A stretch of 64,000 nt of DNA from an uncultured Gemmatimonadota bacterium (GTDB lineage: Bacteria > Blakebacterota > Blakebacteria > Blakebacterales > Blakebacteraceae): positions 62,001-126,000 of the forward strand of contig CAZNUA010000005.1 in the NCBI GenBank assembly GCA_964576115.1. The letters run 5' to 3'. Position numbers and translations under genes: made by a program. Each line of letters opens with the position of its first letter. Position 1 is the first letter of the stretch. Under the pieces are notes generated by a model. That model was not told the DNA's origin. It was given only the letters and a program-made list of their open reading frames with translations, and did no database searches. Positions 60,075 through 64,000 of the stretch are shown piece after piece.

Positions 60075-60101
60075 CCGGTCCCGCAGGCTACCGGGGACCG
60101 G
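60075..60101. terminator. Possible hairpin/terminator between convergent genes
   Basis: CCGGTCCC-N11-GGGACCGG; no clear U-tract. Confidence 0.35.
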
Positions 60102-60128
60102 CCGGCGGGAGTCGAAGAGACGCGGGGT

Positions 60129-60392
60129 TCAGGTGCTCTCGCGGGCGGATTGGACCAGGCGGGTGAGGTTCGACTTCAGGCGCCGGGCCTTGTTGGGATG
60201 GTGCAGGCTCCGGGCAGCGTAGCGGTCGAGCAGAACCGATACTTCCTGCAACAGTGCGGGTGCATCCTCGGCTCCCGGATCCTGACGGATATTCCTGATC
60301 AGGGTTCTGATCTGTGACCGCTGGATACGGTTCTGCTGGCGGCGCTGCTGGCTCTGACGAAGCCGTTTTTCGGTCGAAGCGTGGGTCGGCAC
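60129..60392 (-). CDS. rpsT: 30S ribosomal protein S20
   Basis: S.EKR.RQ...RR..NR..RS.IRT, LDR.A...HPNKA.R.KS.L; GTG start after AGGAGG. Confidence 0.93.
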   Translation of the reverse strand: MPTHASTEKRLRQSQQRRQQNRIQRSQIRTLIRNIRQDPGAEDAPALLQEVSVLLDRYAARSLHHPNKARRLKSNLTRLVQSAREST

Positions 60393-60705
60393 TGCTGGCC
60401 CTCCTGCATTCTGTTTCGGTAACCGATTCCTGAATGAGGTAGATTACTCAAGATCGGCGCCCGGCCGGTGATGTCAAGATGTCTTGAACCTCTTTTCAGG
60501 CTGACCTACCCTGCCCGGAAGAGAGTCGACCGACGGGATGGAGAGGACTCGGTGTCCTTCGGACTCCATATCTGTCAACAGCCGGCGACCGGTGGACGTT
60601 ATACTCAGGGTCGGGAGAGGGCCCGGAAGAATCGTCACGTGGATGACGATGAAGACGGCAAGTGAGGGGCGCCGGTTTTCGTCGCAGGCAGTGAGGTGAA
60701 ATGCG

Positions 60706-63633
60706 ATGACGGGACAGACAATCACCCGGTGGGATTCGGGGCACAGGGTACGGGGGGCCGGATCGATACTCCGGACCATCCTGCCCCTGCTGGTGGTCGT
60801 GGGGTGCGGACTTGGGGCTTTCCCGCAGACGGTCGAGGCCCAGTACGCCGTCTTCGGTCGGAACAAGGTCCAGTACGACAAGTTCAACTGGCGCGTTCTC
60901 AATACACCGCACTTCGATATTTATTACTACGAGGGCAACGAAGAGGCCGCTCTGGACGCCGGCCGGATAGCGGAACGTTCCTACGACTACCTGAGTCATA
61001 TTCTGCAGGTGCAGTTCGAGGATCCGGTACCGCTGATCCTGTATGCCGACCATCAGGATTTCCGCCAGACCAACGCCGTGACCGGTGCCGCCGAGGGCGT
61101 GCAGGGGGTCACCGAATCGCTCAAGAACCGGGTTGTCCTGCCCATGCTCACCTCCATGGAGGAATTCACCCACGTGCTCACGCACGAAATGGTGCACGCC
61201 TTCCAGCTCGAAATCATGGGTGTGGGCGGACCGGCCAATCCGATGATGTGGCAACCGCCGCTCTGGATGCTGGAAGGGATGGCCGAATACCTCTCGCTCG
61301 GCATGGATCCGCTGACCCGGGTCTGGCTGCGCGACCTGGTCAAGCGGGACGAGTTTCTGACCCTGGAAGAGTTCGAAACGATTCAGGACCAGCGGGTATA
61401 CCGTCTGGGGGCCGGCCTCTACTATTTCCTCGGCGAGCGGTACGGACTGGAATCGATCCGACGCTTCTTCAAGGAAACGGTGCGTACCCGGAACTGGTCC
61501 CTGGCGCTGCAGACGGTCTACAGCATGAATCCCCAGCAGATCTCCGAAGAGTGGAAAACCTTCATCCTGCGCGAGCACTCCGACATCGCGGCTCAACAGA
61601 CCACGGCCGATTCGATCGCGACCCGGCTCATCGCTCACGAAGGCCTGGTCTACACCCTGAACATGACGCCGGCCATCAGTCCCGACGGCGAACGGATCGC
61701 CTTCATCGCCAACAAGGATCTGCGTGACGCGGTGTATGTCGCCAGCACCGAGACCGGCCGGACCCGGCGGGCGTTGGCTTCGGGGGGACGGACCTCCTCG
61801 CTCGAAATGATCGACTTCTTCGAATCCACCATGTCCTGGACCGCCGATGGTTCGGTTCTTGCCTTCGTCTCCTCGGGAGGGGCCGAGGATGTGATCCACC
61901 TGGTCGAGCCCGAAGGCGGAAAGACGATCACCCAGCTCCGCTATCCCGACATGACGGTCATTTCGGCGGCTCTGAGTCCCGACGGCACCCAGGTGGTCTT
62001 CAGTGGTCAGCGCCGGGGGGGACGAGATCTCTACGTCGCCTCGACCGACGGGGGCGCCCCCCGCCAGCTGACCGATGACATCTATGCCTATCTGCATCCG
62101 GCCTGGTCGCCCGACGGCACGCGCATCGCCGTGGCGACCGACCGCGGAGCGCCCACCAATGCCGCCGACCTCGATTTCCGGGGCTACCGGCTGGCGCTGG
62201 TCGACCCCGCTACCGGAGAGGTCGAGATCCTGACCGGCGGTTCGTGGCACGACATCAATCCCGTCTGGAGCCCCGAAGGCGACGCACTGGCTTTCGTGAG
62301 CGACCGTTCGGGGGTGCCGCAGATCTTCCTCTACGACCTGAATGCCCGGACGATCCGTAAGGTCACCAACCTGGCCACGGGGGTGACGGGGATCACCGCC
62401 TCTTCGCCGGCCATCTCCTGGTCGCAGCAGTCGGGGAAGGTGGCTTTTTCGAACTTCCGGGAAATGGGTTGGGATATCTACGTCATGCCCGATCCGCGTT
62501 CGGCCGACGTCCCGACCGTCGCCCAGCAGCCCGACGCGGATGCCGAACCGCATGAACCGGTCTGGGCCGGTTTCCGGCTCGGTGACGTTCGTACCTTCGA
62601 GGACGAGCGCTACGGTATGCGCCTGCAGACCGACTACATCTTCGGCGGGGGAGCCTTCGCCACCGGAGTGGGTGTCATCGGCGATTTTGCGGTCGGTTTC
62701 AGCGACATGCTCGGCAACCACAACATCTACATGCAGGCTTCCCTCTACGGTTCGATCGCCCGATCCAACCTGCAGGCGACGTACGTGAACATGAACCGGC
62801 GTCTGAACTGGGGCGTCAGCCTCTACCAGATGGCCACCGCCTACGGCGGGTACTACACCAGCTTCACCGCCACAACCTATCTGAGCCAGGTCTACCGGGG
62901 GGCCAGCCTGCTCGGCTACTACCCGCTGAACCTTTTCGACCGGATCGAAGCCAACATCGGCTACATGGGGATGCAGCAGGATATCGTCTCTTCAGACTTC
63001 TTCGGTCGCCAGCGTGTCAACGACGAGCTGGGACGGTACGGCTGGTTCGAGGCCGGCCTGGGTTACGTCCATGACTCCTCGCTCTACTTTCTCGCCGGAC
63101 CGATCGGTGGGATGCGCTCGCGCCTGTATCTTTCTCATACCGTCGGCGACCTCGACGGGACGACCGCCCTGGCTGACGTGCGCGGCTACCTGACCCTGAA
63201 TCACCGGGGTGCTGTTGCGGTGCGGACCTATGCCGGGCATCAGATCGGCGATGTTCTGATGCCCTTCTACCTCGGCGGTCCCTTCACCGTGCACGGCACT
63301 TCGTACTCCCAGATGAGCGGCACCAGTTTCGCGATCCAGAATCTCGAACTGAGATATCCGCTGCTGCCGTGGCTGCCGCTGCAGTGGGATTTACTGACCG
63401 GGGCTCTCTTCGCCGATGTGGGCGCGGTCTGGGATTCGAACGCACTCCCGTCCTGGATCGACGATCTGAACACCGGGGATTACATCCGCAACAGCATCAT
63501 CGGTGCCGTCGGCGGCGGGATCAGGGCCAACCTCGGTTGGCTGGCACTCTTCCTCGATTACTCCATCCCGACAGATTTCCAGGGGCGGTGGGGCAGCGGG
63601 CGCTTCCAGTTCGCACTCGGTCAGATCTTTTGA
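60706..63633 (+). CDS. Omp85/BamA-superfamily protein with N-terminal HExxH peptidase-like domain and PD40 beta-propeller
   Basis: Signal peptide; FGRNKVQY; HEMVH..PLWMLEGMAEY; repeated SPDG/PAWSPDG; barrel with FYLGG..VHG, NLELRYP, LFADVG; C-terminal FQFALGQIF. Confidence 0.85.
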   Translation: MTGQTITRWDSGHRVRGAGSILRTILPLLVVVGCGLGAFPQTVEAQYAVFGRNKVQYDKFNWRVLNTPHFDIYYYEGNEEAALDAGRIAERSYDYLSHILQVQFEDPVPLILYADHQDFRQTNAVTGAAEGVQGVTESLKNRVVLPMLTSMEEFTHVLTHEMVHAFQLEIMGVGGPANPMMWQPPLWMLEGMAEYLSLGMDPLTRVWLRDLVKRDEFLTLEEFETIQDQRVYRLGAGLYYFLGERYGLESIRRFFKETVRTRNWSLALQTVYSMNPQQISEEWKTFILREHSDIAAQQTTADSIATRLIAHEGLVYTLNMTPAISPDGERIAFIANKDLRDAVYVASTETGRTRRALASGGRTSSLEMIDFFESTMSWTADGSVLAFVSSGGAEDVIHLVEPEGGKTITQLRYPDMTVISAALSPDGTQVVFSGQRRGGRDLYVASTDGGAPRQLTDDIYAYLHPAWSPDGTRIAVATDRGAPTNAADLDFRGYRLALVDPATGEVEILTGGSWHDINPVWSPEGDALAFVSDRSGVPQIFLYDLNARTIRKVTNLATGVTGITASSPAISWSQQSGKVAFSNFREMGWDIYVMPDPRSADVPTVAQQPDADAEPHEPVWAGFRLGDVRTFEDERYGMRLQTDYIFGGGAFATGVGVIGDFAVGFSDMLGNHNIYMQASLYGSIARSNLQATYVNMNRRLNWGVSLYQMATAYGGYYTSFTATTYLSQVYRGASLLGYYPLNLFDRIEANIGYMGMQQDIVSSDFFGRQRVNDELGRYGWFEAGLGYVHDSSLYFLAGPIGGMRSRLYLSHTVGDLDGTTALADVRGYLTLNHRGAVAVRTYAGHQIGDVLMPFYLGGPFTVHGTSYSQMSGTSFAIQNLELRYPLLPWLPLQWDLLTGALFADVGAVWDSNALPSWIDDLNTGDYIRNSIIGAVGGGIRANLGWLALFLDYSIPTDFQGRWGSGRFQFALGQIF

Positions 63634-63663
63634 CCTGAACCGCTCCCCGCGGGTGTTTGCGGC

Positions 63664-63694
63664 AACGGCCGGCCCTTCACGAGCCGGCCGTTTT
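63664..63694 (+). terminator. Intrinsic terminator after the Omp85-family gene
   Basis: AACGGCCGGC-N9-GCCGGCCGTT, with the 3' arm running into a TTTT tract. Confidence 0.7.
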
Positions 63695-63754
63695 CGCTGC
63701 CCCGTGCATGACGTGTGTGGCACTCTGTCACTTCTCTGACTATCTTACATCTCT

Positions 63755-64000
63755 ATGACAGAGAATAAGACGCGTAACTCGCGATCAGGTAAGGGGTTAC
63801 TTGCGCGGTTGCTGGGCCTTGGGCACGATCCCCGCCTGGCAGAGCCGCTCGTCATCCCCCGGGCTGAACATACCATCTCCCGCAAGGATATGAAGGAGGA
63901 GGCCCTCAAGGTCCTCTACCGCCTTCATAACTCCGGGCACATGGCTTACCTCGTCGGTGGAGCCGTCCGCGATCTATTGCTGGGACGTACCCCGAAGGAT
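63755..64000 (+). CDS. pcnB: Poly(A) polymerase I-like nucleotidyltransferase, 5' part only (runs off the window; not in the ORF track)
   Basis: Hand translation: ..[48 protein letters not shown]. The Hx[12 protein letters not shown]-terminus is typical of PcnB. Confidence 0.85.
   Translation, partial: MTENKTRNSRSGKGLLARLLGLGHDPRLAEPLVIPRAEHTISRKDMKEEALKVLYRLHNSGHMAYLVGGAVRDLLLGRTPKD

Noticed and set aside
60496..62721. Long antisense or alternative-frame ORFs (e.g. 741 aa here; also 209-1603, 12085-13437, 43042-44841, 51156-52946)
   Set aside because: Shadow ORFs of high-GC codon usage overlapping clearly recognisable genes, with no motifs of their own
63718..63740. TGGCAC as a sigma54 -24 element before pcnB
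   Set aside because: No TTGC/GC -12 element at the required spacing

Overview
A gene-dense, high-GC bacterial chromosome segment from a draft, probably metagenome-assembled scaffold with three N-gaps. Gene content points to a diderm with LPS, probably in the FCB superphylum (Gemmatimonadota/Latescibacterota-like); this taxonomy is inference only. Most of the window is housekeeping: (i) sucCD-ndk-yceD-rpmF-plsX-fabHD-acpP-fabF-rnc-lipoyl/octanoyl transferase, running directly into an orphan family-5 solute-binding protein, a sensor kinase and a sigma54 NtrC-type regulator; (ii) mnmA, two lipid A late acyltransferase-like genes and a GT9 heptosyltransferase; (iii) a sugar ABC transporter; (iv) an ECF sigma/anti-sigma/DUF4097 module; (v) ychF-like, split hldE, a large acidic TPR protein, Xaa-Pro peptidase, efp-accB-[pilT/U]-accC-gcvH-gcvPA-gcvPB and dapF; (vi) a cNMP-binding protein with two ferredoxin-inserted MinD-like ATPases, guaB3, RNase Z-like, rpsT, a peptidase-propeller-Omp85 fusion and partial pcnB. 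I saw no rRNA, tRNA, CRISPR array, transposase, integrase, prophage or defence system. The best leads are a PilT/PilU ATPase wedged between accB and accC near a FimV/HubP-like acidic protein, the transporter-less SBP coupled to a two-component system, a ~125-bp palindromic MITE/ERIC-like element that broke the assembly, the HExxH peptidase-PD40-Omp85 protein, and an rnc gene with no canonical start codon. All calls come from reading motifs by eye; no database search was run.
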